Below are positions 31,261 through 44,305 of a stretch of 64,000 nt of DNA, in pieces (the first letter of the stretch is position 1; the number at the start of each line of letters is the position of its first letter). The notes beneath the pieces are model-generated. The model was not told the DNA's origin and searched no databases. It saw only the letters and a list, made by a program, of their open reading frames with translations. The position numbers were made by a program, and so were the translations under genes. This DNA is from Sporopachydermia quercuum (Eukaryota). The stretch spans positions 1,427,676 to 1,491,675 of the forward strand of contig BCGN01000004.1 of assembly GCA_001599295.1 (NCBI GenBank), read 5' to 3'.

Positions 31261-32959
31261 TCCCTTAAATAAATGTTTAGAAATATATTTCTGCTGGCAG
31301 CAGATACCGAAATATATCGGTTTTGCTGTGTGGTTGAAGTGCTATGCTATATCGAACCTGCGATAAGAATGACGAAGCAGAGTCTGCAAAATAAGTTTGT
31401 TGAACAAGCAGTAAAAGTCATAAAAACTAAAAAGAAGCTTTCTTGATATAATCTCCGGATATATGTATGATGTAAAAGCTCAATATCAATCAATTGTATG
31501 AATTAATGAATAGAGAAGGCAGTTCTGTGTGAGTAATTGAACGAATAGATTAGTAACCCATTGACCAATCAAGTTTCCTGTGGCCATCAATGACTTTCAC
31601 ACAGTCCTAACACTTGAATCTTATTATTTTATCAAAGCAATAGTATTGAACAATAGGTTGATAGAAACTANCTCCCAACTATATGTTTATAAATTCTTTG
31701 AGCTGGCCGTCCTTCTATAGAGTGGTGAACTGTTTATAGGGCATCAAGCATTCTTTTGCTTGAGGCAAAATAAGGTTAGAACACATGCATAGCTTTGCAG
31801 TTTCATGCAGTCTCCACGTGATTTCAGATATACAGAACAAGAAAGGAAAGAGAAAGGGAGACCAGACAGCTCATGAATATGTTCGCTATAGGAATGGCTA
31901 ATAAATGTTTACTTAGTCTGCTTTATTAAACAAAATAATAAATTGTTTCACTAGGTGGAGAAGTAAATATTATATTTATATATAGACTGTATGATTTTAT
32001 GAAGAATATAATCAAATAGATTTTATGATTCCAATATATTAAATTTTCAAGGTTCTCAGCAGCATATACAAATGAAAATATTGAGATTTTTTGTGTTGAA
32101 TACAAATTAGGTGTCAGACCCTTTATTTCCTAACTTACAAGACTGCCATTCAGAATAAAATTGATTAAAATTGGAAGTGATTCTTGAAAATATGACATCT
32201 ATTATCTATTGAAATTGAGCGATACACAATTCCATCTCACGAGAGGGTCAAATACTATGTGTAATAGGATAAATTACTCATGGATAAAGTACTAAAGGAT
32301 CATGTCAAAAACGAGCAAGAGGATCTCGGTAAATGAACTCAAATGAATCAAAACCTTAAAAGTTTACTTACTGTAGTGAGTTTCAGGTAGGGCTTCCAAT
32401 CAACTAATAAGCTTTAATAATTCGAAAGCCGTGAAACTTTAAGTTTTTCACTCTCAGATATGCCAGTGAAGGGAACTGCTTCAAGATTAAAACCACCAAT
32501 ACCATCCATAATTGAANAAATCAAANTAGGCAATAATTATGAATTTCCGAACACTAGAAAACAAAACCAGGAAATTTGGATGTTTGTATTAGTTTACTCT
32601 AGGTCAATGTGTCCTTAAGTGGTATGATAACCAACTGATAGCTACTCCGAAAAGCCATTTTGTTCCATTCTAACACCGTCTCAAATCCTTTCAAAATATG
32701 CCCAAAATATTCCCATATTAATACGATTTCGAAATCGTCCCCCTGACAAAAATTTCGCTTACATCCAAACCAGCAGGATAGACATCTTCCAGATCTCCTA
32801 AGAAACTCGCTCATCGCTTTCTACTCCCAGACCCCATAAGTACTATCCAGGCCCTTTCTTAAGTCTATTCCATTGAAAATTTTCTCAAGTCTATTTCTTC
32901 GTTTACTACTGAATTCACACCAGAATGAAAAGATTTTAGAGAGCTACAACCATATTTAT

Positions 32960-33172
32960 TCTCATCTGTTTTCTCATTTTTTTTTGCTGCCCTGTTTCTT
33001 CCTACTCTTTAGTTTCTCTCCTTCTTTATTTCTCCTTCTCCTCTCTTTCTTTCCCTTTTCCCTCTTTCTCTCTTCTTCCCTCTTCTTTTTTTCCCTTCTT
33101 TTTCCTTTCCTTTCTCTTTTTATTCTCCTTCCCTCTTCCTCCTTCCTTCTTCCAGCCAATCTCCTTCTTTTC
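32960..33172 (+). repeat. About 200-nt polypyrimidine/polypurine tract
   Basis: 33029-33121 contains no purine on the + strand, and the flanks are nearly pure C/T. Confidence 0.95.
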
Positions 33173-33528
33173 TGGTGATATCAACTGACACCTTTACTTG
33201 CCAAACCTCGTGGAACTTACCTTCCACCTCCTATCGCGCGCATTACCCCCAAGGATTTTTCCAGTTTTCAAACCTTAAAATTTTTTTAATTTGTACCATC
33301 ACATCACGATAGTTGAAATAATAGTTCCGTGCAACTATTATTATTGCTAGTACAAACTATCATCACTGCTACTATCTGTTAGTTGTAGTTGTTGATAAGT
33401 ATAAGCATAAGTTGTGATTGCCAGGCAGAAGATTGTTGATTTGTTGTGAAAAACAAGATATCAACAAACTACTAAAAGTGTTTGTTTTGGTATAAAGTAC
33501 TAAGTGTTTGGTTTGGTGCGGGAAACAG

Positions 33529-34474
33529 GTAAGTGAAAGTGAAAATCTTGGGACGTCATAAAAGGTCGAATAGATGGTAAAAGAGATTGGGAGAACAACT
33601 TAGAAGAGGAATGAGTGAAAAGGAAAGAGAAAGATGGAGGGAGTATGATAGAAAGGAAGAAATTGGATTGGAATGAAGGTTAGGTTGGGTGATTTTAAAT
33701 TCGAGCAGAATTGTCGTAGAAATGATGTTCTTGTAGCGGGAGAGTCGTTCATACTGGTTGATGAAATAGCAAAGCATTGCCAGAAATGGTAGAAAGACAA
33801 TGAGGAATGAGCAATCAATGAAAAGCGTTTGACGAGTGTTTGATTGGTTGGTGATTGAATGCTCAATGCTCAATGAATGTAATTTACTGTAATCTGGTGA
33901 GAAAATAGACAATTGAGCGAGCTGTTTGATGGAAATTAGAGCTAAAATGTTTGTTGTTTGATCTGTTGAGTTTTGGATTGGGCTTCTCTAAGCATGAAAG
34001 AAAAAAAAAAAAATAGAATCTTGTCGAAAAAGAACAATTAATTGTTGCTAATGGTGAGAATTCATCGCCGGCACTTCACAATTCATAAACTCAATGAATC
34101 AATCAGACCAGCTTTTCTTTCGAAGTCTCATTTGACCAGCCGTCAGATTTCATAAATTACGCTCAGTCGACCTATATTGCATTTCTTTTGCTATTAATAT
34201 TGCTACCGCAAGAACAAAACTACTACAAGAACTCTTCTGCGTAACTACTTTCTGCTCCTTTTTATCTCAAATTCCTCAATCTAATCATTCTAATCCCATC
34301 CTTTTAATTCATGTTCCTTTTTCTGCTACTCTCTTGTATCTTACACTAGACTTTTCCATCTTGTTCTGTAGACTGAATAAAATAATCTCTTTTACTATCA
34401 GCACCTATCTACCTGTACCCTTTACTCCAATATTTGTATTCTACTCTTGTCTTCAATACTAACAAAACATCCAG
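33529..34474 (+). other. Predicted 946-nt spliceosomal intron in the URA2 5' UTR
   Basis: CAG|GTAAGT donor at 33529, perfect TACTAAC at 34457-34463, and first downstream CAG at 34472-34474. S. cerevisiae URA2 is known to have a 5'-UTR intron. Confidence 0.78.
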
Positions 34475-34670
34475 CATATATTTGCACTACTGCTTCTCCA
34501 AGCTTTAACTAGGAAAGAAAGAAATATCTAATNTTTTTGCCTTAAAACTATCGTCCCCCAGAGTTTTGCTGCAAGTTTATTGAATTTTCTCTTAATTATC
34601 TCTTACATCTTATTATTATTCTTTTTCTTAACAATTTATCTTTACTTTCATCTACAAAATCATATCAACA

Positions 34671-37600
34671 ATGTCCAACGTTTCACAACCAATTACCCCT
34701 CCTTTAAAGGGGGCTTCTCAAAAAATGGCCCTTGAACTCCAAGACGGTAAGATCGTCACTGGTTATTCTTTTGGCGCGCCAAGATCCATTGCGGGTGAAC
34801 TCGTTTTTCAGACTGGTATGGTAGGTTATGTTGAATCTATCACAGATCCTTCTTACCGTGGACAAATCTTGGTTGTGACTTTCCCTTTGGTCGGTAACTA
34901 TGGTGTTCCTGATCGCGAGGAAATTGATGCCGTTCTCAATTTGTCAAAATACATTGAATCATCCAAGATTCATATTGCTGGTTTGGTTGTCGCTCATTAC
35001 ACTGAAAAATTTTCTCACTATTTGGCCAAGTCCTCTTTAGGAGAGTGGCTTAAAGCTGAAAATATTCCTGCTATTTATGGCGTGGACACCAGAGAACTCA
35101 CCAAAACTATTCGAAACGAAGGTAGTATGCTTGGACGTTTATGCATTGAAAAGCTTGGTTCTGACGACTCTGTTACCAAATGGCAAGACCTTTACGANGT
35201 TCCTGACTGGGTGGACCCCAATATACTTAATTTAGTAGCTCAAGTGTCTACCGAGGTGCCTGCTCTTTACAAGCCAGACCCCTCTGTTGCTATTGAAGGT
35301 CCTGATGGTANAACTATTCGTATCTTGGCTATCGACGTTGGTATGAAATACAACCAAATTCGTTGTTTTGTTAAGCGTGGTGTTGAATTACTTGTTGTTC
35401 CTTGGGACTACGATTTCACCACTGAAAAATACGATGGTCTCTTTGTATCCAATGGACCTGGTGACCCTGCCACTCTTTCTTCTTTGTCAGCTAAACTCTC
35501 AGGCGTTGTCAAGGCTGCTGAGACACCAATTTTTGGTATTTGTCTTGGTCACCAATTGCTTGCCAGAGCTGCAGGTGCCACCACTTCGAAACTCAAGTTT
35601 GGTAACCGTGGACATAACATTCCCTGCACCAATTTAATCTCCGGACGATGCTACATTACCTCCCAGAACCACGGTTATGCTGTTGATGCTGATTCTCTCC
35701 CTGAAGGATACCAAGAACTTTTCATTAACGCCAATGACGGTTCTAACGAAGGTATTTTCAACACTGAGAAACCTATTTTCTCTGTTCAATTCCATCCCGA
35801 ATCTACACCAGGCCCTCGTGATACCGAATTTCTCTTTGACGTGTTTATCAAAGCTGTTGTAGACTTCAAGGCTGACATTAATACTGGTCCTGTTGCCTTC
35901 CCCGGTGGAATCAAAGCTGAGAGTGACGCAGCTCATCCTCGTGCCGAAGTCCAAAAAGTTCTGGTTCTTGGTTCAGGTGGCCTTTCTATTGGTCAAGCTG
36001 GTGAATTTGATTACTCTGGTTCTCAAGCTATCAAAGCTTTGAAAGAAGAAGGTATTTACACTGTTTTGATCAACCCAAATATTGCCACTATCCAAACCTC
36101 AAAGGGTCTTGCTGACAAGGTATATTTTTTACCTGTCAACGCAGATTTCGTCCGCAAGGTAATCAAGTTCGAACGTCCTGACGCTATCTATGTTACATTT
36201 GGCGGTCAAACTGCATTGAACGTTGGTATCAAACTCAAGGATGAATTCGCTGGCCTCGGTGTTAAAGTACTAGGTACACCTATCGAAACCGTTATTACTA
36301 CAGAAGACAGAGACTTATTTGCTCGTTCTATGGAAGAAATTGGTGAGAAATGTGCCAAATCCGCGGTTGCTGCTACCGTGAAAGAGGCTTTAGAAGTAGT
36401 TAAGGATATCCAATTCCCAGTTATTGTCAGAGCTGCTTATGCTCTCGGTGGTTTGGGATCAGGTTTTGCTGAAAACGAAACTGAATTAGTTGCTTTATGT
36501 GAAAAAGCTTTTGCAACTTCACCACAAGTCTTGATTGAAAAGTCCATGAAAGGTTGGAAGGAAATCGAATACGAAGTTGTTCGTGATGCCTTTGATAACT
36601 GTATCACTGTCTGTAACATGGAAAACTTTGATCCCTTAGGAATCCATACTGGTGACTCTATTGTCGTGGCTCCTTCTCAAACACTTTCTGATGAAGATTA
36701 TAATATGCTACGTACTACAGCCGTTAATGTCATTCGTCATTTAGGTGTTGTTGGTGAATGCAACATTCAATACGCCTTGAACCCCTTTTCCAAAGAATAC
36801 TGCATTATTGAAGTCAATGCTCGTTTATCCCGGTCTTCCGCTTTAGCTTCTAAGGCTACTGGGTATCCGTTAGCTTTCATTGCTGCCAAACTTGGTCTCA
36901 ATATTCGATTAGACCAAATCAAGAACTCAGTAACTAAAAGCACTTGTGCCTGCTTCGAACCTTCTCTTGATTATGTGGTTGTTAAAATCCCTCGTTGGGA
37001 TCTTAAGAAATTCACCAGAGTGTCAAAGGAGTTGTCCTCATCTATGAAGTCCGTTGGTGAAGTTATGTCTATCGGTAGAACATTTGAAGAAGCTATTCAG
37101 AAAGCTATCAGATCTACAGATTATCATAATCTTGGTTTCACACCTACAGAAGCTTTGATGTCCATTGATATCGATGCAGAACTTCAAACACCTTCAGATC
37201 AACGTTTGTTCGCCATTGCCAATGCTTTTGCTTCTGGCTATTCAGTGGATAAAGTGTGGAATCTTACCAAGATTGATAAGTGGTTCCTTAACAAGTTGGC
37301 ATATTTGATTCAATTTGCTGAGGGTTTAAACAAATTCACTTTGGGAAATGTCCCATTGGAATTAGTAAAGGAGGCCAAACAGCTTGGTTTTGATGATAGA
37401 CAGATTGCCAAGGCTGTTAGATCCACTGAACTAGCTGTTAGAAAAGTCAGATGTGAAGCTGGAATTACACCTTTTGTCAAACAAATCGATACTGTTGCAG
37501 CTGAATTCCCTGCTCATACCAACTATCTCTATATGACCTATAACGCGTCAGGTCATGATATCACTTTTGATGATCATGGTGTAATGGTCCTTTCTTCTGG

Positions 37601-40600
37601 TGTTTATCGTATCGGTTCCTCAGTTGAATTCGATTGGTGTGCTGTAAGAGCCATTAGAACCCTCCGTGAACATGGAACAAAAACCATTATGGTTAACTAC
37701 AACCCGGAAACCGTTTCTACAGATTATGATGAAGCTGATAGATTGTACTTTGAAGTTATCAATCTTGAACGTGTATTAGATATCTATGAGTTGGAAACAT
37801 CGTCAGGTGTGATTATTGCTATGGGTGGTCAAACATCCAACAATATTGCTTTACCATTGCATAGACAAAACGTTAANATCCTTGGTACTTCACCGGAAAT
37901 GATTGATTCAGCAGAAAACAGATACAAGTTCTCTCGAATGCTTGATCGTATTGGTGTTGATCAACCAGCCTGGAAAGAGTTGACTTCTATTGAGGAAGCT
38001 GAAGAATTCGCTGATAAAGTATCATATCCTGTACTTGTCAGACCTTCTTATGTTTTATCTGGTGCTGCTATGAACACTGTTTACTCTAGAGACGATTTGG
38101 CCAACTATTTGGCTCAAGCAGTAGAAGTCTCACAAGATTATCCCGTTGTTATCACCAAGTATATTGAACAGGCAAAGGAAATTGAAATGGACGCTGTTGC
38201 GCAAGATGGTAAATTAGTAATGCATGTTGTTTCAGAACACGTTGAAAATGCCGGTGTTCATTCTGGTGACGCAACGTTAGTTGTTCCTCCTCAAGATTTG
38301 GACCCTGAAACCGTGAGACGAATTGTTCAAGCCACAGCCAAGATTGGTGCCGCTTTGAACGTTACAGGTCCTTACAATATTCAATTTATTGCCAAGAACA
38401 ACGAAATTAAAGTCATCGAATGTAATGTCCGAGCTTCTCGTTCATTTCCATTTGTTTCAAAAGTCATTGGAACTGATCTCATTTCTATGGCTACAGAAGC
38501 TATAATGGGTTACCCATTCCAACCATATCCTTCCAGAGCTCCTGAGGATTACTGTGCTATCAAAGTACCTCAATTTTCATTCTCCAGACTTTCTGGTGCA
38601 GATCCTGTTTTAGGTGTCGAGATGGCTTCCACAGGTGAAGTTGCTACCTTTGGTAGAAACAAATATGAGGCTTATGTTAAGTCTCTCATTGCCACTGGTT
38701 TTGTGTTGCCCAAGAAGAACATTCTTTTGTCTATTGGTTCATTCAAAGAAAAGCAGGAGCTTTTGCCTTCTGTTAAAAAACTCCATGAACTTGGATTCAA
38801 ACTATTTGCCACTGCAGGTACCGCAGATTTCATTCAAGAACACGGTATTCCTGTGCAATACTTGGAAGTTCTCAATGAAGAAGACGAGCAAAAATCCGAG
38901 TATTCTTTGACACAACATTTGGCCAATAACCTGATTGATTTATACATCAATTTGCCATCTTCCAACCGATTCAGAAGACCTGCCAATTATATGAGTAAAG
39001 GTTATCAAACTAGACGTATGGCTGTTGATTATGCGGTACCATTGGTAACTAACGTTAAATGTGCTAAATTATTAATTGAAGCCATCGCCAGAGGTATCAC
39101 TTTAGACACCCTTAACGTTTCAGAATTGGATTCTCAAACTTCTCATCGTACTGTTGTTTTGCCAGGATTAGTGAACATCTCAGCTTTTGTTCCTACATTA
39201 ACTGAATCCAATTCCACTGATTTTGAACAAGTCACCAAAATATCCATACAGTCAGGCTTCACGATGACAAGAGTTCTTCCAATTTNTTTCAACGGGGCTG
39301 TCACCGATAATGAATCTTTATTTGCTGCCAGAAAGAATACCGGTAGGGCTGCCTGTGACTATAACTTGGCAATCTGCGCCACTGATTCTAACGCAGCATC
39401 TTTGGCTCAAGCTGTTTCTACTGTTGGATCATTGTTCATCCCTTTCAATCATTTCGGTAATAATATCAATAAGGTAGCAGCTTTAACAGCTCATTTCAAC
39501 ACCTGGCCAAGCAGCAAGCCTATTGTTTCAGACGCGAAGACCACCGACTTGGCATCTATCCTTTTACTGGCTTCCTTACATTCTAGACATATTCATATCA
39601 CCAATGTCACCAACAAGGATGATTTACACTTAATTGCTCTTGCCAAAGAGAAAAGACTTGGTGTTACTTGTGATGTTTCTGTTTACGCTTTATTCTTTGC
39701 CAGAGAAGACTTTCCTGGTGCAAAATCACTCCCTACTATGGAAGACCAGGCAGCCTTATGGGAACTGTTACCGATAATCGACTGTTTCTCTGTTGGAGTG
39801 TTACCATCTCAAATTGCCCAAGAATTGGGAGAGAAGGTTGAAGCCGGCTTGGGAATAGCAGAAACCTTACCATTGTTATTCCAAGCTGTATCTGAAGGAA
39901 AATTGGAAGTTTCAGATATCATTGCTAGATTACATACAAATCCTATTAAGATCTTTGATTTAGAATTACCTGAAGCTTCGGTTGAAATCGATTTAGATTG
40001 GAAAGCTGGATTCCTGGCTGACAGTTTGATTAGACGTTTAGTTGGTAAGGATTTACATGGATCTGTCCAAAGAGTGAACTTCCACGGCGAAACTGTGTGC
40101 TTAGAAGGAGAAATTGTTGCTTCCACTACTATTGGAAAGGACATCAACGTTGTTGGAACTCTTGCTAGATCAGCAAGCATTTCAGTTGGAACTGACGATT
40201 CATACGCATCCACAATTACACCAGTTACACCTATTCAAAGAGAAAGCAGAGTTTCGTTCTCTCTAGACCGTAGAAGCTCTATTGTTCAAGCATCACCTGT
40301 TATTGGAAAAGAATCAGCTGTATTTGAAGACGACGGAAGAGACGGATTCCGTACTAGAGATCCAAAGATTGATCGCGAGCTTTCACCACCTTCCTCGCTG
40401 GTACAATATATTCGCAAGAACAACACTTTCTTAAGAAAGCACGTTTTATCGGTAAAGGATATCTCAAGAAGAGATTTACATGTTCTTTTCTCCGTGGCAC
40501 AAGAAATGAGACTTTTGGTTGAACGACAAGGTGTTCTAGACCTCATGAAAGGGAGATTACTCACTACAATGTTTTTCGAACCATCTACTAGAACATCATC

Positions 40601-41351
40601 TTCATTTGATGCTGCCATGCAAAGATTAGGTGGTAGAGTTGTTGCTATTAATGCTCAAGCGTCCAGTGTCACCAAAGGTGAAACACTACAAGATACATTA
40701 AGAACGCTTTCAAGTTATGGTGATGCTATTGTTCTTCGTCATCCAGACGAGGAATCTGCTGATATTGCAGGTAAATACTCACCAGTTCCTGTTATTAATG
40801 GTGGTAATGGATCAAAGGAACATCCAACTCAAGCATTATTGGATTTATTCACCATCAGAGAAGAATTAGGCACTGTCAATGGCATCACTGTTACATTCAT
40901 GGGAGATTTGAAATACGGCAGACCAGTTCATTCATTATGCAAGCTATTACAGCATTATCAAGTTAAAATCCAACTTGTTTCCCCAGAACAATTGAGACTT
41001 CCTTCATACATCAGGGACGAACTCGTGGAAAAGGGTATGTTGATCTGCGAGTCACAAGAATTAACTAAGGATATCGTAGCAAGATCAGATGTTTTATATT
41101 GCACAAGAGTTCAAAAAGAGAGATTTGACGATCTACAAGAGTTCGAAAAACTCAAGGACACATATATTGTCGATTTATCTGTTATGAACCATGCTAAGCA
41201 ACATATGTGTGTTATGCATCCATTGCCTAGAAATAATGAAATCAGACCTGAGGTGGATTTCGACCAACGGGCAGCATATTTCAGACAGATGAGATATGGG
41301 TTATTTGTTCGTATGGCACTACTAGCATTGGTTATTGGTATTGACTTTTAA
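34671..41351 (+). CDS. URA2: Multifunctional CPSase/ATCase (GATase, CPSase, inactive DHOase-like domain, ATCase)
   Basis: GICLGHQ and QFHPE (GATase); [17 protein letters not shown] (CPSase); a DHOase-like segment lacking the HxH ligands ([10 protein letters not shown]); [12 protein letters not shown] and MHPLPR (ATCase). Confidence 0.98.
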   Translation: MSNVSQPITPPLKGASQKMALELQDGKIVTGYSFGAPRSIAGELVFQTGMVGYVESITDPSYRGQILVVTFPLVGNYGVPDREEIDAVLNLSKYIESSKIHIAGLVVAHYTEKFSHYLAKSSLGEWLKAENIPAIYGVDTRELTKTIRNEGSMLGRLCIEKLGSDDSVTKWQDLYXVPDWVDPNILNLVAQVSTEVPALYKPDPSVAIEGPDGXTIRILAIDVGMKYNQIRCFVKRGVELLVVPWDYDFTTEKYDGLFVSNGPGDPATLSSLSAKLSGVVKAAETPIFGICLGHQLLARAAGATTSKLKFGNRGHNIPCTNLISGRCYITSQNHGYAVDADSLPEGYQELFINANDGSNEGIFNTEKPIFSVQFHPESTPGPRDTEFLFDVFIKAVVDFKADINTGPVAFPGGIKAESDAAHPRAEVQKVLVLGSGGLSIGQAGEFDYSGSQAIKALKEEGIYTVLINPNIATIQTSKGLADKVYFLPVNADFVRKVIKFERPDAIYVTFGGQTALNVGIKLKDEFAGLGVKVLGTPIETVITTEDRDLFARSMEEIGEKCAKSAVAATVKEALEVVKDIQFPVIVRAAYALGGLGSGFAENETELVALCEKAFATSPQVLIEKSMKGWKEIEYEVVRDAFDNCITVCNMENFDPLGIHTGDSIVVAPSQTLSDEDYNMLRTTAVNVIRHLGVVGECNIQYALNPFSKEYCIIEVNARLSRSSALASKATGYPLAFIAAKLGLNIRLDQIKNSVTKSTCACFEPSLDYVVVKIPRWDLKKFTRVSKELSSSMKSVGEVMSIGRTFEEAIQKAIRSTDYHNLGFTPTEALMSIDIDAELQTPSDQRLFAIANAFASGYSVDKVWNLTKIDKWFLNKLAYLIQFAEGLNKFTLGNVPLELVKEAKQLGFDDRQIAKAVRSTELAVRKVRCEAGITPFVKQIDTVAAEFPAHTNYLYMTYNASGHDITFDDHGVMVLSSGVYRIGSSVEFDWCAVRAIRTLREHGTKTIMVNYNPETVSTDYDEADRLYFEVINLERVLDIYELETSSGVIIAMGGQTSNNIALPLHRQNVXILGTSPEMIDSAENRYKFSRMLDRIGVDQPAWKELTSIEEAEEFADKVSYPVLVRPSYVLSGAAMNTVYSRDDLANYLAQAVEVSQDYPVVITKYIEQAKEIEMDAVAQDGKLVMHVVSEHVENAGVHSGDATLVVPPQDLDPETVRRIVQATAKIGAALNVTGPYNIQFIAKNNEIKVIECNVRASRSFPFVSKVIGTDLISMATEAIMGYPFQPYPSRAPEDYCAIKVPQFSFSRLSGADPVLGVEMASTGEVATFGRNKYEAYVKSLIATGFVLPKKNILLSIGSFKEKQELLPSVKKLHELGFKLFATAGTADFIQEHGIPVQYLEVLNEEDEQKSEYSLTQHLANNLIDLYINLPSSNRFRRPANYMSKGYQTRRMAVDYAVPLVTNVKCAKLLIEAIARGITLDTLNVSELDSQTSHRTVVLPGLVNISAFVPTLTESNSTDFEQVTKISIQSGFTMTRVLPIXFNGAVTDNESLFAARKNTGRAACDYNLAICATDSNAASLAQAVSTVGSLFIPFNHFGNNINKVAALTAHFNTWPSSKPIVSDAKTTDLASILLLASLHSRHIHITNVTNKDDLHLIALAKEKRLGVTCDVSVYALFFAREDFPGAKSLPTMEDQAALWELLPIIDCFSVGVLPSQIAQELGEKVEAGLGIAETLPLLFQAVSEGKLEVSDIIARLHTNPIKIFDLELPEASVEIDLDWKAGFLADSLIRRLVGKDLHGSVQRVNFHGETVCLEGEIVASTTIGKDINVVGTLARSASISVGTDDSYASTITPVTPIQRESRVSFSLDRRSSIVQASPVIGKESAVFEDDGRDGFRTRDPKIDRELSPPSSLVQYIRKNNTFLRKHVLSVKDISRRDLHVLFSVAQEMRLLVERQGVLDLMKGRLLTTMFFEPSTRTSSSFDAAMQRLGGRVVAINAQASSVTKGETLQDTLRTLSSYGDAIVLRHPDEESADIAGKYSPVPVINGGNGSKEHPTQALLDLFTIREELGTVNGITVTFMGDLKYGRPVHSLCKLLQHYQVKIQLVSPEQLRLPSYIRDELVEKGMLICESQELTKDIVARSDVLYCTRVQKERFDDLQEFEKLKDTYIVDLSVMNHAKQHMCVMHPLPRNNEIRPEVDFDQRAAYFRQMRYGLFVRMALLALVIGIDF

Positions 41352-42592
41352 AACCAATCCTATTATTTCTGATAATGTTTATGTTCAATATTTTTACTAC
41401 CTGAATGATCAACAATAAGGGACGATTGCTGAATTCATGAGGCATTAATACTGACTAAATCATTGAAAAATAGAAGAAGAAAGGAAGGAAGGCAAAGGAG
41501 AAAATTTCTCATTCTTGATGGTTCTGACTTACGGTGTAGCATTTTATTTATTAGCAAACATATATTGTTTANATGTTTTTAAAAGAAGAATTAGATGGTG
41601 TTAATTGAGTTCTTATTTTGCTTTATTTTGTTTTTTTACCATTTACTATTCTCTCTTTGCTGATTACGATCTTATTAATATCTTTTATTTTATATTATTC
41701 ATTATGTTTTGAAAATACTATAACATTCCTTTTTTATTACCTTTATTATCTTGAATACATAAATAATATCATAATGTTACATTGAATTAATCATTGGAAC
41801 GATTGCATTACATTAATAGATTAATATTAAAATACAAGTTTGTATAGTAGTTTATTTTGCAATAGATTATTCTATAGTATGTACTACTTATCAATGCCAA
41901 NTAGTTGAACTCATTGACTTAACACCTAATGACTACCTTCATATAGACAGATGGAATAGGAAAAAGAAAAAAGAAAAGGAGCAAAAAAAAGACTTGGTTT
42001 ACCTGCATTATAACTAAACCGGAACAAGATCCTGATGGATCTAATATGTATGACAAAAAAAGGTCCAGGTGTGTTAATGTGGTGTATCGATGCAGCAAAA
42101 AGTTATCAGCTGAATCGATGATATTACGTTATACTATGATTCTACCCATTTGATCATAATACAACCAATAAACAATTCATTAATCCTATTTATATTTGGA
42201 TTATAACTGTCATACTAGTATGGACATTTCAATTATGTAACATAACTTCAACACCAACCTAATCACAAGATAAACAATATCAGTATTATTTAACATAATT
42301 ATCTATAACATTTATACCCAGGTTATTATATTTTCTTGTTTCTACTCAATAAGCATAACACAACGAATAAGTATTACATAACATAACATAACATACATAC
42401 AGATAAGACCAATCTAAATAAACTGATCTACCTGTTATTCTCTTCGACATCTAACTATACAATTTTTCAATCTTCTCTTCTCTTCTGTTTCCTTTATCTT
42501 TTTAGTTCTTTAATCTTACAATCAAACCTTTACTACCATTCTTAATATCATCCAAACACATTTTATCCATTTTTCTATTTCTTCTCTTACTA

Positions 42593-44305
42593 CTAGCTAA
42601 ACATATGGTCATTCTCATTAGCTTGTATCAGAGCTCTTGCTATTTCAATCTCATCGTCACTAGCAACATCACGATCCATTTTCTCAGGAACTCCAACTTG
42701 CACACCAGAACCATCTACATCTAAATCTTTATCACGGTCCAAATGATCATCGAATCCTGCTACTTGAGGATCTACAGGTATTTCCGACTCTCTCTGGTCA
42801 TGATCAACATTATCATCTTTCTTTTTATCGTCATAATGATCATCAAATTCAAACTCCCTATGCATTTCCATTTGTTCATGAGTCCTTTGAGCAGCTTCTA
42901 CCGCTGCTAATAATGAATTCGGATCATCTGGATCAATACCACTTAGATCAAGATTATCTTGTAACTGCTGAGCAGCAGCAGCAGCAGCTACAGCAGCAGC
43001 AGTATCGTGGTCGTTATGTTGTACTTCATCATTATGATGCGTTGCATGCTCGCCAGATATTCCATGATGCTGATGCTGATGCTGATCATGATGTTGCTGA
43101 TGCTGATGTTGGTGTTGATGTCGATTCTCATGCTCATGTTCTGGTTGAAGTTGGTCATGATTATTATTGCTTTGACTATCAGCATGAACAATATGCGGCT
43201 CCACTAACTGTGTATCGTGTGTATGAGTAGATGAAAGTTGCTGATTCAAGTTATTAGAGCTCGGACTGGCTTGAATATGTACAGGTTGCGAAATAGACTT
43301 CAGTTGTTGGTGACTCTTATTAGGATCTCTGCATGTAGGGCAATTACGAATTGCAGCAGCAGCAGTGTCTTTAATTCTTGTCCAGTGATATCTTTCAGTA
43401 ATAGCCGATGTTGTTTTATTGATACCTCCATGAGATACCATATGCATCTCTGTAGCAATTTCTAACTGTCTTGCAGGATCAGAGATAACTTCTCTACCTT
43501 TCAAATACAATTTACCATTTTCCAACGTATAATGAGCAGCCGAGGATCTCAAACGAGATTTTTCTTGCCTATCAGACATTGGAGGATATCTCCCTGTTTC
43601 TAGGTAGAATTTAATTTTATCAAATCGAAATGAACCAACAGATGTGTCGACTGTTGGTACCAATTCACGACCATAAATAATAGCATCAACAGGTAGATCA
43701 TGACCTTTTAGAATACCTGCCGATTTAATTCTACCAACTCGCTTGAAACTCAAAGACTCCCAAATTCTTCTACTGGCAACATTAGTTTCAAACACAAGAT
43801 TGAACACTGAATACGTATAACCGAGTCTAGGAGCCCATTCCAAATAGCACTCAGCTAAAGTTCTGCCAATACCTTTACCTCTAATACCAGCATTAACAAG
43901 AAAGCCAGCATTACAAATATGAGAGCAACGACCTGGGTAGTTTGGTTTAACATAGAAACTTCCTAAACATTCTTTTTCCCATTGTCTACCTGGTTGAATA
44001 CTTGGATCGTCGCCTATTAACATAACAGCGGCAAACGCACCAAACCAATAGTTTTGGAAAGTATCAATATGTAAAGTATCGAAAAAAGGATAAGTGTCAC
44101 CGCGTTCAATTTCCATGTTGAATTCATCACACAAGAAAGCCAATAGACCTACTGGCAACTGTTCTGGTGATGAAATAGGATATATAGTAGCAGTAGTTTC
44201 ACCATCTTTCAACAAGACAGTGTATGGTTCTATCACTGCTACAGGATAATCTAATGGTGGCCTATAATGTGGAGGTTGCGTTGGATCATCAAAAGCAGAC
44301 GGCAT
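42593..44305 (-). CDS. SPT10: Histone-gene activator Spt10 (GNAT domain plus H2C2 zinc DNA-binding domain)
   Basis: FYVKPNYPGRCSHICNAGF, GIGRTL and FNLVFETN; H2C2 motif HMVSHGGINKTT...YHW...CPTC. Divergent from NIT2, as in S. cerevisiae. Confidence 0.92.
   Translation of the reverse strand: MPSAFDDPTQPPHYRPPLDYPVAVIEPYTVLLKDGETTATIYPISSPEQLPVGLLAFLCDEFNMEIERGDTYPFFDTLHIDTFQNYWFGAFAAVMLIGDDPSIQPGRQWEKECLGSFYVKPNYPGRCSHICNAGFLVNAGIRGKGIGRTLAECYLEWAPRLGYTYSVFNLVFETNVASRRIWESLSFKRVGRIKSAGILKGHDLPVDAIIYGRELVPTVDTSVGSFRFDKIKFYLETGRYPPMSDRQEKSRLRSSAAHYTLENGKLYLKGREVISDPARQLEIATEMHMVSHGGINKTTSAITERYHWTRIKDTAAAAIRNCPTCRDPNKSHQQLKSISQPVHIQASPSSNNLNQQLSSTHTHDTQLVEPHIVHADSQSNNNHDQLQPEHEHENRHQHQHQHQQHHDQHQHQHHGISGEHATHHNDEVQHNDHDTAAAVAAAAAAQQLQDNLDLSGIDPDDPNSLLAAVEAAQRTHEQMEMHREFEFDDHYDDKKKDDNVDHDQRESEIPVDPQVAGFDDHLDRDKDLDVDGSGVQVGVPEKMDRDVASDDEIEIARALIQANENDHMFS

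Noticed and set aside
32873..33178. Short ORFs on both strands (F/L/S-rich and K/R/E-rich)
   Set aside because: They are by-products of the polypyrimidine tract, which lacks stop codons.
39140..40150. URA2 dihydroorotase domain lacking catalytic histidines as a novelty
   Set aside because: An inactive DHOase-like domain is the established state of fungal Ura2.
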